DNA of 56,163 nucleotides, the filler included, from Sphacelaria rigidula (taxonomy: Eukaryota): assembly GCA_964200075.2 (NCBI GenBank). It is 7 parts of 7 records of this genome, joined end to end, with 100 filler letters (N's around TTAATTAATTAA, not from the genome) between each part and the next. Parts side by side here need not be neighbours in the genome. Positions count along the whole stretch, not along the records: positions 16,077 to 24,014 come from CAXNAA020012914.1; positions 24,115 to 32,052 come from CAXNAA020012915.1; positions 32,153 to 40,089 come from CAXNAA020012916.1; 4 more parts are not named here. One strand, given 5' to 3'. Under the pieces are notes generated by a model that made no database searches, was not told the DNA's origin, and saw nothing but the letters and a program-made list of their open reading frames with translations. Shown here piece after piece: positions 22,085 through 36,020 of the stretch. The position numbers and the translations under genes are program-made. The first letter of the stretch is position 1; each line of letters opens with the position of its first letter.

Positions 22085-23169
22085 GTCGTGCTGTAATTGG
22101 GATCACAATCAGTCTCCTTCCGGGGTTGACCGTACAAAATGTAGGCGGAAGCAGTTAAACGTGATAGCTTGAAATTTCACGTTTGTAACAGCGAGGGGAG
22201 TTTCCGCGGCTGAATCCAACGCCGGTTCTTCTGTCGGGTGATTTTTTTTATTTATATGCTGTTCGACTTTGCACGATGGGTCGAGTGTGGGGAGTTTGTA
22301 TCAATACGAAGTATAGGACGGGATTTATAGTCTCTTGAGGTGATCCCCCTTCGCTGTAGACGTGAGACTGCTCAGGTTCGGTATGTTGATGGCGTGATGC
22401 GATCGGCCTTTTCAGTCCTTCAACCTCTTTTTGAACATGTTCAGAAGTATTTACTCTCATGTTTTCTCTTTTGGTGGACTGACATGTTTTTGTTTATTTT
22501 TGTATTATAGTATGGTTGCTGTAATTGTTTTTGAGCACTGATGTCTTGCCGCCGCGTGATTCGGTGCTGGGTGGTACAACGGTTTTTGATGAAACAGCAG
22601 CGCATTTGGCTAGTGCCGTTACGTGATGAATTACCCCGGGCATCCGCGATGTTTATACCATATGCAGTGTGCGCTGCATTACGCCATGCTATCTGCTGCG
22701 AGATGTCCCTGCTATTATAGATAGATTGAGCGATCGAGGGCCCCGTAAACCGTTTGTACAATGGGCACTGTGTTTTGAGAGTAATCGAGGATTGTAGAGA
22801 TCTTGAGATGAAGCAAGCTGCCTCTCGGAAGCCACATCACACCACCAGCGCTACTTCAATAATTTTCTTCTTTTTATTGTCGCTCGACAGCTAGGGTCCA
22901 CCGTCTCCTACAATTTTACTGTCTTTGACGGTGCCCCATATCGCTGAGTATTTTGGGCGGTCTATCAGGCGCTCGCCTAGCACTCGCCGTCCGTAGCTTA
23001 TCACCTCCATGAGTCGTCAAATCTGATCGCAATCATGGAAAGCGATGGCACTTGGCTAGCTGTCCTTTGTCGAGCAAGCCGGGCATCAGCTGTTCTGTCA
23101 ACGCCGAGACAAGTACCTCTTGAACGTAGTAGGGTGCTCTGAGGATATGTCACCATCACTGCGACGTCG

Positions 23170-23700
23170 GCTTGAGTGTTCAAGCCGAAAGCTGAACCTC
23201 CAAGTTGAGGGTGATGGTCTTGATCTACTGTAAATATTCAACATTCAATTTGAGGCTCGGAGAGTCGAGGTGAACGTGATCATATTGAAGCTCTAACCCT
23301 CGGGTTGAAGCTCGGGGGTTCAACGTTGAAGTTGAGGTTTCAACGTGAAGCCCCGACCCTCCAGCTGAAGCTTCCTGACATTCGACTTGAATTTCCATGA
23401 TGAACCTTGAGCTTCAACTCAAACCCTCAGCTCGAAGACCCACCTCCGACTAACAACTTTAATGTGAGGGCCACCCTTTGAGTTGAAGTTGACACGCCCA
23501 CGTGAATGCGAAGCGTTCATGTTGGAGCTTGAAGTCAATGGTAGATCTTCAAATCGAAGCTTGAACTTCTGGCCGGCCGACGAGTTGAACCTTCTGTTTG
23601 AAGTTTCGACTTGCAACTTGACTGAAGTTGAAAGTCACACTGTCAAGTTAAAGGTCTAGCCCTCAACCTGAAGACCCTGTACTCAACTTGAAGGAACCGA
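23170..23700. repeat. Degenerate GTTGAAG/TTCAAC-rich repeat region
   Basis: Dense recurrence of GTTGAA and TTCAA motifs on both strands. Confidence 0.7.
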
Positions 23701-24338
23701 TGTTCGACAACGTTTTGGGAGGTATTTATGTCCTCATGGTATTTTGTTCGGCATGTCGGAATATAACAGTGCTGCCATTTGTCCACTCTCCCATGAAAAG
23801 AGTTTGCCCAAAGAGACGCCCTACTGCTAAATGCGAGGATGTGTATCATAGGTTCACGTCTACACTCATGTCGCATGTCTCATGAACATAGATGCTTATA
23901 CATCTGAATATCTGCCCGCAGAATGTCAATTCCGTGCCCGAATCAACATACAACAGTGTTTTCATGAGATTGAGAGTAGATGATAGGATTGAGAGTGGCT
24001 TTGATCATTCGCTTNNNNNNNNNNNNNNNNNNNNNNNNNNNNNNNNNNNNNNNNNNNNTTAATTAATTAANNNNNNNNNNNNNNNNNNNNNNNNNNNNNN
24101 NNNNNNNNNNNNNNCGTACGATTCGAATCGATGACACTAAAACGAAGTAATTTCCAGACGAATCATTGATTTGTCCGACCCTTGGAAAAGTTGACGCATG
24201 AAGGCGACGGGTAGAAGTACATTCGCACACATGAGCAGAATCTGCATGCCTTTGTACTGCAAAAGTGATGCGATCCTGCGGCGCGCGGTTGGGTGCAAGG
24301 CAGCTTGTCGACCGAGTACCGGCAGACGCATTCCGTGC

Positions 24339-24478
24339 CTGCTGGAACTTGAACTTTTCTGACCACCAGGGGGGGTTCATCTGGGTTGTGCAGTCATTCT
24401 TCCAGTAGACATGATACCGACTCAGTCGATGACCCACTCCGGCGATCAACAGAGCCAAGCCCTCGGGCGCCGGGTCTC
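24339..24478 (-). CDS. Exon of unknown minus-strand gene (DPAPEGLALLIAGVGHRLSRYHVYWKNDCTTQMNPPWWSEKFKFQQ)
   Basis: TAG acceptor phase 1, CAG/GCACG GC donor. Confidence 0.6.
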
Positions 24479-25003
24479 CTATCGGGACAATAGCGTAGGT
24501 TACCCTTTCACACAGGTAGACCCCATTGCTTGACTCAGTAGCTCCCCTCTATTTGCGAGCACTACCCTTCACGACTAACGGCAACGGGACTTGTATGCCG
24601 CAATCCTCAGACTCTGAACCATCTGACAACGCAAAATAGCCACAGCACTTGTTTCATTCCTATTCTTCCACGGTACTCGTGGTTCATCCGAAGGTGTCTG
24701 TTATAGCGCACAAGGGATTGAAGGAAGGATGTCACGATTGACTATGCAAAGGTACAGTAGTGCAGGGCATGCGCTGTTGTGCATGTAGCGCGCAGGCCGC
24801 CCACGCAAAACGGAAGTCGTGCAGCAGGATGCAGCAGCAAGCTGAGCGCAAACACAGACTGCAACGCCAACCCCGGCCACCACAACCAAAAGTCGAGCAC
24901 GGCGACGCTTAAAGCGAACGCTGGGTGCACTCGTCCGTATACCAAAAGACAGCACCGCTCGTGGGGCTGTTGTTCGGGATATCATCCCGCCGCCATGCCG
25001 TAC

Positions 25004-25253
25004 CGTACTGCGGCTGCGGGGGCCAGAAGGCCTGCAAAACCATGTGTGGCGGAGTGCATCCTAAAACTAAGGTCATGTTACGTCCATCATTATCGACACA
25101 TGTCGGACTCGGAGTTCGGGCTTCTCCAACAATGGATCGGCTTGATTTTTTCTCCAAACCTTCATTGTTGGACGAGTCTGAAGATTTAGAACTGAGATCC
25201 AGCACTTCGGAGAGCTGCTCTGTGTATACGCCGTCGCGCTCGAAAGCTTTCAA
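25004..25253 (-). CDS. Exon or exons of the same gene (LKAFERDGVYTEQLSE...AFWPPQPQY); an internal intron is possible
   Basis: CAG acceptor phase 0, ACG/GTACGG donor phase 1 matching the next exon. Confidence 0.45.
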
Positions 25254-26824
25254 CTGTCATGAGCGTCCGAAATTTTCGGAGATTGGAAATAAAACAATTC
25301 AACAGTAGTTGTGAGCCTAGATACGACCTACATGATGTGTTAAACTGGTCCAAAAATTGAATAAAATTACTCAAAATTAGTCTGTGTTGAAACTCGTGGG
25401 TTGCTGCAGGTCAGTTATACAGCCCGTCCACTGGGAAAAGGTACAGCCGAACTATGCAGAGAGCATACTCGTACACAGTATAAGTTGTTTTACTCAGCCA
25501 GTGGAAATAGATACTGCTGAATTGTACTCTGAGTTATACGACATGAATTACATGTGCTGAACTGTCCGACGTGTGTTTATAATCTTTTACTCGTACCGAC
25601 GAAAGCACCGCTCATTCATACGCAACGGCTGGAGTGTGTTCTCTATGTTATTTTTCAAGGCTAGGTCCGCAGTCCGCACTGCCTTCTACTATAGTTGTCA
25701 GTTGTCTGTATTGATTTTTATATGTACATGTACAGCATAGGTTTATTATTTTGAAAAAATATATGTGCAACGGCCGGGCTGCTGGGGCGTGCTGGTTCAT
25801 TTTGAAAACACGCACGTTTCTCGTATTTTGTGTTTGGACAAGACAGCTTCTTCCTGGGAGGTCGATGGCTGTGCTCGGTTCATTCTGCTTTGGTCACTCG
25901 GTCAAACACGGCAAGCCTACATCAACGACGAAGCGAACATGTCTCGGGGACAAGGTCGATCCCGTGTTGTGGAAGGCGGTGTCACAGAACGCGCGTCGTG
26001 TCAGAAAATCTCATCTTCTAGCCTTGTCTCAGCCGTTTGTGTTTTGTGCTGGTATTTGTTTTTTAAATGGTCGAGGGTCGTGAACGAAAAAAGCCAGCAC
26101 AGAAAACGCAGGCCGATGCCCCAGACTCGAAGACTTTGTTTATCTGTCAGTGAGAAGGTGTTTTGGGCGGTCGACACGGGCAACAAACTCGGACACAATG
26201 GATACACAACACCCGGCTTCAGGATACCCAAACTTTGATGTAAAGAAGCACACGAGGACATGCACGATATTGCTCTGCGGCAACTTACACCAGATTAAAA
26301 ACAACCGGGCCTCAGTAGCGCACAGTCCATCGCCAGTCACACGCACAACACGGGCACCAAGCATGCATGCCGGCTTACTGCTAACAGATCGAGGTTCCAA
26401 AATGTTGACATATAAGGGACGAAAAGAGGAAATCGAGTGCTGCTCCATATGCAGGCTTTGTTGAAGAAAGAGGCTTGGATTTTGCCTACTACTACGGAGA
26501 CCGGGAAGGAAAGGGGGGTGGGCGGTACATCACACAGTCGTGATGATGTGATGGTATATTGTTGCGCTTTGTGCTCACGCCTTTATGCTATTGCAGCATC
26601 GCAAACAAACGGTAGTAGTATGTCTAACTGAAAGCTGTAGCTCCAACGCCCGCCAACTGCTTTCAAAAACATGTGCCGTCGAGGACAATTCGGTCATGAA
26701 TATAGAGTATATTTCACGTACAGGTTTGAGGGTAAGTGACCCTTGTGTTTATGATTATACTTATACCCACTTGATACAGATTTTGCAGTTTTCGGGGTAA
26801 ACCATGCGCAGTACGAGTCCTCAC

Positions 26825-26941
26825 CTCAAAGAGCATGTCTCCCTTGTCTTTGCCCCCCTTCTTCGACTCGGGTGCAAACCTCGTGACATCCTTCTTGTCG
26901 CGTGGGCCACGAGATGAAGCAGAGTTGGTGGCGGCGGCCAT
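26825..26941 (-). CDS. First exon of unknown minus-strand gene (MAAATNSASSRGPRDKKDVTRFAPESKKGGKDKGDMLFE)
   Basis: ATG start, GAG/GTGAGG donor, 117 nt. Confidence 0.65.
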
Positions 26942-27666
26942 ATTTAACTGTGAACCGCGCTAGGTGACTGTCGGCGTGGTTGTTTGTGTGACTGACTCCC
27001 TTGCTCTGACTTGTGTCGTGGACGTGCAGAAGTTCAAAGGGCACCGGGCGCGTTGCAATATTCGAACCAAAGTTTTTTGTTGTCATTTTCCATGATCTTG
27101 GAGGTTGTAAAAATGGCATGAAAATAGTACACATATACTGCTGAGAATGTAAAGCATGCGAGTTTTCTTCGATGAAGTATCCCAAAAACTATACGTATCA
27201 TTTTCATGCGCTACTTGCCATCCGGTGAGATCTTACGCATACCCGATACTGTATCCCTTCGACGTGCGATAGCACGACGGATCTGAACTTCGAGCACATG
27301 TGACGATGATTGAAGCGATTCGTTCCACTACTGTGATTGTACACGCCACAACATTGCTCGTGGATCTCACAGCAAAGCTGAGAGCACGTGCCATATTGCA
27401 GAACCGGAGGCCACAACCGCACCGCGCAATGCTCCCAGGCACTGCCGCAACGTATATGCTGTAGAAGATACGCGGTAGATTCACTTACAGCGTCAGTACT
27501 CTTGCTACTCGATCTGATATACTTTTGTACTGTTTGTTGTCTGTGACAGACAAGCGTTGTCCGTGCAACTGTCACATACGAAGTCGAGAGCATTACGACG
27601 GGACAAGACTGCCAGTGTCGGTAGGCAAGAGCAGCAAGGAGCTGTGAAGCACTGCACTGTGCTGGT

Positions 27667-27887
27667 ATGGCTCGCCGAGGAGAAGAATTCGCTCGCCTGA
27701 ATGCTGGCGGCGGCTACTCTCAGGCTCTTGCTGTTGGCAAGGGATTTACTGGAGCCGAGCGAAGCGTCACGAAGTCCTCCCTGCGCGGCAGCGGCGGTGG
27801 CCGAAGAGGAGGAGGAGGAGGGGGGGGGGGACGTGGCGTAATGAATGCTTTTGCCCGGCATCAGGAGCTAATCAAGAACTACCACAG
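27667..27887 (+). CDS. FRA10AC1: First exon of a FRA10AC1-like (spliceosome-associated) protein
   Basis: Gly-rich N-terminus, then MNAFARHQELIKNYHR resembling the FRA10AC1 motif (D/N)AYxRHxxxINDY; CAG/GTGTAA donor; later exons not found. Confidence 0.55.
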
Positions 27888-29499
27888 GTGTAATACGATT
27901 ACATTGCGCAAAGTCACTTCGGGTGTAGGGCTGTTTCGCTGTGTGTTTGCTGAGCTAAACCCGAGATGCGATTTAAACGATGTTGAATACAATCGCACCC
28001 TCTGAGGGCATCAAGAGCTTCACTCCGTGTACGCGAGACCGTCTTCTGGAGAAATATCCGCTTGGCGGTTCCCCATGTCAAAAATTGGGGGGGATATGGG
28101 GGACGTCGATACCCGAACTATCGTAAACCAAGATATCCACATGTTTAGCGGAGCGCCGTCGACCTGGTTTTCGTCCTGGCGCAGTACTGCGTCCAGATTG
28201 ATCTTTTTCTCTGTCTCGCGCCTAAGGGATGCGCTCTCTCTCTTTCTCACGGGTAAGATGTTATCTAACTGCACTCCCGGCTGATCCCACTTCATGGGAA
28301 CGCTTTTGGATATCGACAAACGCTTTCCCTACGGGATCTTTCCAGGGAAACACAGTTTCGGCCTATTCGAAAAAGTAGGCTGCTTGAAGTTAGGAAATCG
28401 TTCCGAAAAGAATCGCTTGGAAGGGTTCATTTGATGAGGGTATCACAGTATAACACGGTGTGTACCATCCAACCGTGGTGTGAGACGTCACCCCCCTGAA
28501 CATCATGCCTTCATGATGAGTTTTCAGCAACATTGGCACCATGTCATGACCTGGCACCATGTCATGACCTGCAGTGCTGTATCAGAGTAAGTGGTCCGGT
28601 CCCCCCTCCCCTCCCCCCTCCTCGTAAATATCGCACCCGGTTGATGAGTTGTCGAGTCCCTCAAACTCGTGGCTCAGAGTTTGTACACACCGTGTGCTGC
28701 GGTGGTGATGAGCGCCGTTGAGCTAAGGTAACATTAGCATTGCCATCGGTATTATAGAACTTTTGTAGAAATTCGTGATTTTGAGACAACGCCAGCCTAC
28801 CATTACGCTAACCCTGACCCCAACGAAGGCATGCCGGGAACCCTCCGGGAAGGGAGGTACAAGTTTTCTAGGCAAAGCGTGCATCGGTAGACCTCAAATC
28901 GGCGCTTGCGGCGCAGGTGTAGACAAGAACAAGTTATGTGCCAGTAGAGCATACTCATTGGTCGTGAGCAAAGGTTGTTAATTGATTTTGATCAGTATTG
29001 GGGGCTTCAAAGGGGCTGACGGTTTTGAATGCTCCTAGCTTGCCCAGAACGCGTATTTCTCCAAGTTGGCGCCGATTTGAGGCCTACCAACGCATACTTT
29101 GCGTAGAGGAGCCTTTGCACCCCCCCGTGCTCGAGGGTTCTTGCATGCCTTGGTCAGGATCAGGGATAGGGATGGAGCTAGCGTTACTTCAAGACCATAC
29201 TTTTTCGAGGATGCTTTGTCATCCCTTTACTACGACCAAAGTGTAACGGACCCCGTGTTATCGAGTCCAAAAATGTGGGAACGCGACGTGATAAGGAAAG
29301 TGATTGTGGCGGGGGGGGGGGTTCTTCACGATTCCGATTGGTTGTGATTTGATGCTACATTCTCACCTCCCCCAAAATCACTTTCACGAAAATTAATATT
29401 TTGGGAATTAATTTTCGTGAGAGCGAATGGACATTTTCGTTAGAATGCGAAGAGCAACGTCACATGGTTGCAAGGCGTGGGCTGTTTGGCTCTCCATGG

Positions 29500-30450
29500 G
29501 ACAGACGGTTGGCTTCCCGTCACTAGCAGTAGCCACGCCGGCTTCAATCCCATCACCAGCAGTAACCACGCGTGGGAGATACACTCCACGTGCACAGCTC
29601 CCACACAGAGATGCGCACAGCTATATCTCCCAGAACTTCGCCGAGTGAGCAAGCATGGACCCATAGGCGAGTAGTACGTACCAGCGCTGTCCAGCACGGT
29701 GGCCATAACTCGCAAGGTGCGTGGGTGTTGTCGCACGGTCAAAACACGGACCGTCTACGATCAAAAGCAGCAGCAACAGCAGCAGCACCGGCTGATTCAG
29801 ACCCACCCCCAGCCGTACACATTTACTGGCAATAAAGATGCTGCTGCTGCGGCGGCGGCGGCTGCTGCTCCTCGTGCGGGAGGCGGTCCGCGTTTCGACG
29901 TGCAACAATACCCGTGCACCTGTCGCGTTGCTGCCTCCTCCTATTTGAAATCGACTATGATCTGTTTCCGTGTTGTTACCCCCATAGCATTTTCAGTGCG
30001 AGTACATACCACTCGTTTTCCTGTATTGGACGCTGGCTTTATCCCCACTACCAGCAGTAGCCACGCGTGCGAGACACGTCCGGCGTACACAGCTCGCACA
30101 AAGAGATGCGCGCAGCTATATCTTTCAGCACTTAGCCTAGTGAGGAAGCATGGACCCATCGGCGGATAGTATGGACTAGCGCTTTCCGGCACGGTGGCTA
30201 TCACGTGCAAGGTGCATGAGCCTTGTAGCACGATCGAAACGCGGGCCTTCTCTACCATGAGGAAGAACGGCAGCAGCAGCAGGAGCAGTAGTATCGGCAC
30301 CGGCTGATTTAGACCCACCCCCAGCCGCGTACATCTACTGGCAGTAAAGATGCTGCTGATACTGCTACTGTTGCTTCTTCTCCTTCACATGCGGAAGGCG
30401 GTACGCATTTCGACCTGAGACAATACCCATACCACCTTGCGCGTGATTGC
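29500..30450. repeat. Diverged tandem duplication, ~495-bp period
   Basis: ACCAGCAGTA.CCACGCGTG.GAGA, AAGCATGGACCCAT, GCACCGGCTGATT.AGACCCACCCCCAGCCG and AAAGATGCTGCTG each occur twice in the same order. Confidence 0.85.
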
Positions 30451-31212
30451 CGCCCTTCTTGAAGTCGCTGGTCTGTTCGCGCGCTGTTTTACCGTCTTTA
30501 TATCACTTGTTTCCCACCCTAGCATGCACGGTTAGAACGGCGCGTGCTTTCTCGTGATAATGAAGTTGTGAACCGTCACTTCACTATCATTATCACGTCA
30601 TGGTTATCATTTCCCTTGTTTCGTTAAAACACCGCCTAAGCACCCCTCTGTTGCACACGCTAGGAGTAACACTTGGGACTATCAGCTGTCAGCCCCGCTG
30701 GAGATCCAATTTTGGATGTTGCCGCTCAAATCAAGTCAGAACATTCCAATTTTAGGTGCTACCAAGTAGTAATATCTACTGGTTGAGCCTCATTTCTCTT
30801 CTGTTCTTTATTTGTTGCGTTTTCATCATTTCCAAGGTTCGGGGAAAATTCTTGTGTGACCATGCTTTTCATTGGCAAATGAAGGATCGGAGCGTAGCGG
30901 GATCTGCGGTTTGTGTATCGGTACGAATCGTTACATAGTGCAACGGACCAAGCTGCCAGATCATAGTGAAGCAAGAATCGGATTCAGCATAGCCGGGAAA
31001 ATGAGTGGTGCCATATAAGAAGGCGGAGAAGAAAGGCAGGTGCACAAGGACGTAGTAAAATAACAGTACTGTACTAGTACAGCCTTTATTCAGCAATATC
31101 GTCAAGCAGCGCAGCAGGCAATTTCGTTGCCCATCCCTCCCACCCAGCGGGGGAAGTAGTATCGTCGTACGAGCTGGTTCAGATTCAACGCCCGAATTCA
31201 TTCCCCGGGATT

Positions 31213-31483
31213 CCCTCACGCTGTTTTTTTGAGCTAGACCACGAAAATTTGCACACATGTTCTTGAGGGCATTATCTCAAACTCGAAGACCGTTTTTTTT
31301 TTTGGTGTGTCAAGATAGTCGGGATCTGACCCCTCCCCCGGTGAAGTAGGTCAACCGCGACCTTGGATAAAAAGCCATCAACAAAAAAATGAAGAATAAA
31401 AAACGGTCTTCGAGTTTTTAGATACTATCCTCCAGAACATGTGTGCAATTTTTCGTGGTCTAACTCGAAAAAACGGCGTGAGG
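31213..31483. mobile_element. Foldback/MITE-like element with ~85-bp inverted arms
   Basis: CCTCACGC...TAGACCACGAAAATTTGCACACATGTTCT...AAACTCGAAGACCGTTTTT is inverted at 31398-31483. Confidence 0.7.
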
Positions 31484-32226
31484 AAATGCCAGAACGTGCG
31501 CTGAAGTATAAAAAAGTATGTAGTTACTTGATTAAAGTACAGATCCGCCCTTTTGGGGGTTGTTTTCACGGTAAGAGGCCCAGCCGATTCAGTTTTTCGA
31601 GTTGAGCAACGGAAGTTGGTACATATGTTCCTTGGGATACCACCTAACCCTAACATGTCAAAATTTTGGTTTTGGGGCATTCTGTACCGGTTTCCTGGGG
31701 GTCTTTATGCTGGGACCCCCGGAAGCCGGTAGAGAATGAAGAAACTTTGAAATCTTGCCAAGAATATAATATTTCTATTTGTATCATCAATACCTACGGA
31801 TCTGCCAAGTTTGAGGATGATCCGAGCTTTTTTCCAACAGATGAAGGGGAAATCGTCTCGAGGCTCCGTGGGTCTTTCGTACGTATCATGAGTGGAGATT
31901 AGACGTCGCCAAAGCTCCACATCACCGAAACATTACGGTTTGGGGCAAAATTCGACCCCGTTGGAACCGTTTTCACATTTGTTTCTCCCGTTAGATTCCC
32001 AAGCTGATGACGGTTACTACGAGTTGAACCATGTGGAGATTCGGAATCTAACNNNNNNNNNNNNNNNNNNNNNNNNNNNNNNNNNNNNNNNNNNNNTTAA
32101 TTAATTAANNNNNNNNNNNNNNNNNNNNNNNNNNNNNNNNNNNNNNNNNNNNGTCCAACTCCTAGTATCGCGCCGTGCGTCGCCTGAGCGAGATTCACAC
32201 CTACTCTTGGCTGGCCCAGCTCGCAC

Positions 32227-32319
32227 CTTGTGGAAGAACCATAACCGTAGCGCCGCGCTAGTCTGGCGAGCAAGCGCCTGCTGGATGAGGCTGTAGGCAT
32301 GCCGCGTGGCACTTACCCG
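32227..32319 (-). CDS. Possible downstream exon of the ORC3-like gene (RVSATRHAYSLIQQALARQTSAALRLWFFHK)
   Basis: CAG acceptor after a pyrimidine tract, AAG/GTGCG donor; homology not recognised. Confidence 0.35.
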
Positions 32320-35300
32320 CTGCTGCTTGTCGCCGGAAGAAGGCAAGTACGAGGAAGGCATTCGCGAATGAGCATTGTCACACTATCGTGTGAGTTACAC
32401 TGTCAATACCTTCAAAGCACGATATTGGATATCTTTCAAAATATAAACCCGCACTTGTTTACACGTGTACCTTTTTTTATTTTAACCTGCAACCTTGAAA
32501 ACCCAGTTTTTCCTCTACAGTACTTGAAAGAAAAAAATCTTCATCCGAAAATATCTACTCCCTCAGTTGATGCAACACAGCTAGTCTATTGATTGTCGCA
32601 TATTCAATGATCCTCGAGGGACCCAGCCGTGGTCACACAATCGGCGTACTCGAGATAAAACAAAACGGGAACACTCGCTGAAACACATAAGAAGAGAAGA
32701 GAAAAATGGAATACTGAGAGTAGACTGTAGGGGAAAAAAAAAACGAAACAAATGCAAGGGCAGAAACTAGGAATGCATAGCGTTTAATTCGTCCAGAAAA
32801 TAGCTAACTGGCAGGTGAACACCTGGGTCCTGTAGTCATTTTCCAGGTGAACATGACGCCGGTTCAAGTGATGAGGCACCCGTGGATGGGCAAAAGAGAC
32901 AAGAAAAACAACATTATGTTCCTGTCTGGAACCACCATGATGTTCTGGAGGGTTTGGGTATATTTGATAGGGTATGTGATTCATAATAGAACTTACAGAA
33001 CTGTCGGGTACCGGTATGGAGTCTTACAGAATTTGCAGAACCTGTCGGGTACGGTATGGAAGTTGTACAGAAACCCTTGCATGCAACCGGGTATTTTTAC
33101 GAGAGTGTACGGGTAGCCCGGGTAAGGGTAAGTATTTCGTGCAGATATCACCGAACTGCCGGGTGCGGGTATTGCGCGGGTAGATACCCCGAGTATACAA
33201 AAATCGTAACCTGCTACAGATGACAACCTTAAAATGACCAGTAGTGGCACAAGACTTCAATCCAACCCAACCCCAACACCTACCCTGCCCCTAACTGCAA
33301 CAACATGCAGAGTAGGGACCTTCGAGCACCGGTCGCCGGAGAGTGGGTCTACACTAGAGACAGCCACAGTGCCAAAGAGGGTGTTGGGTGGAATCGTGAC
33401 GTACGTAATTTTGACGTCATCATCACGAGACTTTTCTCGTCCACAGCGAATGAGAAGTACAGTACGTGATGTCCATGCCGACCACGTTTTGGGCGGCTAG
33501 GTTAAAGTCTCTCGGGTATTTCAGCACAAGGCGATAATTTTGTTTCCCATGTCATCGATCCCCCACCCTATTGATGAGAGGAATTGTGAGACTCAAGGCC
33601 AGCGTGTTGAACCTCGTCTCATGTTGCTCATCACCCACGAAGCTTGGGGTATTGAGTAAAATATTGACGTGCACTAAACGCGAGTAACATCATATCATGC
33701 ACTAAATAGCGCGTTAGCGTGTTCGGAACCGAAGCTTTTTCGCGAAAGGGGAAGCTCGTTAGCCTGTTAGAATGTGCCAGCTTGGTTGGCTTGCTTTGGG
33801 GGGAAGCACTTATTTGTCAGCAAAAACATCTTATCTCTGTCCCATGAGCACAATCGGCTATGTTTACACGGGCCCTTACCCGTACTAAAACTCTAGTGTT
33901 TTTTTTGTCATTTGTTGTTTCTTCATGTCCGCGCACTACTGTACTACCCTTCGTGAGCGAACGTCCGAAAACAAAATAGTCGACCAGAAAGTGGCCATAT
34001 TTCGATATTTTTGCTTGCACAAAAACATGAACAAAACCGAAAGATTCTCATATTATTTTCGTCTTTGCATCGACGCCGAGTTGAACTCTTCAGACTCTAC
34101 AGATCCATGAGATATAACCCGCGTCCGATGTTCAAATGCTGAAAATAGATCAAACTCGGCCAAAATTGTTAAAAATGGACAATTCCGACCCGATAATTAC
34201 CAATGATGACGACTCGGAGTTTCATTCTTCTTTTCTCCATAAGAATCTCTATAATTTATATTTTTGCAAAACCCATCCAAAGCATCGCAAGCACCTCCGT
34301 TGGGAAGGGATTATTTGCACCTTACAACCAACTGCACTCACGCAATAGAGGAATTATACACACATCGCAAACCCTCACGTATGGGTACTGTTAGAGGACC
34401 TGGCCGAAATCAATTACAGGCAAATGCGTGTGAATGAATGTATATGTATAGACACTTGAGTATTGCACACACCGTGAACAATGACGATATGATTAAAAAA
34501 TAGGACCAAGATCTACACGTACATGTTGGAATCACAGCCGCACGGTATTGTACTGCAGTATTCCTCAGAGGTGAGGCCTTGTGCAGCCCTTGCAAAAGTG
34601 TGAACGCTCAAGCAACAACTCTACCCTGCCCAGACAGGTGGGGAGAGCACACGAGCCTCTGCTGGAGTTTTCTCGTCGACGTATTAGTTCGTTGGTCGTG
34701 AGTGCGTCGTCGTCAAAGTTTGGTATTTTTCACCTGAAAAATCGAACATTTCGACCCGCGGTCAACCGGAGCGCCATCTCCCCCCCATCATAGTGTAGGC
34801 AGTAAAGCGCGGGCACGGGCGGAGAGGACAATTTTACGACAACCCTTGTGTCCCTGGTCATTTTCCAGTAGCCTTCTCCTGAAAAACTCGTTCTTCGTTT
34901 ACGGTGAAGCGATACCGTGAGGGGAAGGAAGAGCGCCCGTGCGCCGGCTACGTAGCTAAATTGCGGACTGAGCAAGCGAGTGCACAGGGAGCTGTCCTGC
35001 TGTTGCATGTGCTTCGATACCCGTCTTTTGCTTTTACGGGTGCACCTGCACCATGAGATTCTCCTATTGTAGTAACCGAGGCTGCGGACCTCAGTACAGA
35101 TGCAAGCACCTAGGTGAGCCGCTGTAAGGTCTCGAGTTGGATTTGGGAGGTACCCTCCGAGTGATCCGATAGAAAATGATGGGGAAACAAAAATCCGGGA
35201 AAATTTGCCTTTTTTTGTTGTGCGCTGATTGATGTCACTGTTCCCCTTCCCCCACCCCCCAATTTTTCAATCATGATGCGCAAAGGATCAAGCGTTTGTT

Positions 35301-35902
35301 CCTCGAATAGTTAGAGAACCACCGGAGTATAACCATATGCATTGATTGATTGACGCATTATCTCACATTAGCACTCACTGATGCGCTACGAATGCAGCTT
35401 TGGTCACTAGATACGAGATAGACAGACGCTCGTTGTGCGCACCCAAGGGCGTAAAAAATGAACGGAAACACTGGCTTTGCAAGACAACTGCTCGATAAGA
35501 GTAGACGCAAAAACAAAAACGAGGGAAACGAGTAGAGTAAAACCTGGGGAAATAACAAACCGGAAAAAAAAAAATCAAGGAAAAAAAAAAAAAACAAGAC
35601 TCAGAACTGCTACGCTACCATTCACGAGAACACCCCGACTTTTGAGGTAACGAGGCCGTAAAAAACAGAAAAACGCACAGATAATAAAATATGACCACTT
35701 CCTCCCATCTTACTTGTCCTACCTCGTACAACATACCCCCCCTTGCTCCTCGGGGTCAGTCCGCAGTACAACCCCCCGGCAGATACTGTACCGCCCTTGT
35801 GCTTGAACATCGAGAGTGAGATGGATAATGACTATTAGTACCCAATCTCGCCACCTGTACACCATTACTGATTGATGTTTCCAAGTCTCCAGCGTTGCTC
35901 AC

Positions 35903-36020
35903 CTGCTGTGATGGGACACCCAAGGCACTACGTTGAGCGGGGGTCATGTATCTGACGTCGAGAGCTAGCTTCGGTCCGAACCATGTGGTTGTGTCGTGCG
36001 CGCGACCCTGGTAGTTCATC
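35903..36020 (-). CDS. ORC3: ORC3-like protein, exon (MNYQGRAHDTTTWFGPKLALDVRYMTPAQRSALGVPSQQ)
   Basis: Phase-2 acceptor matches the previous exon; CAG/GTGAGC donor. Confidence 0.6.
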
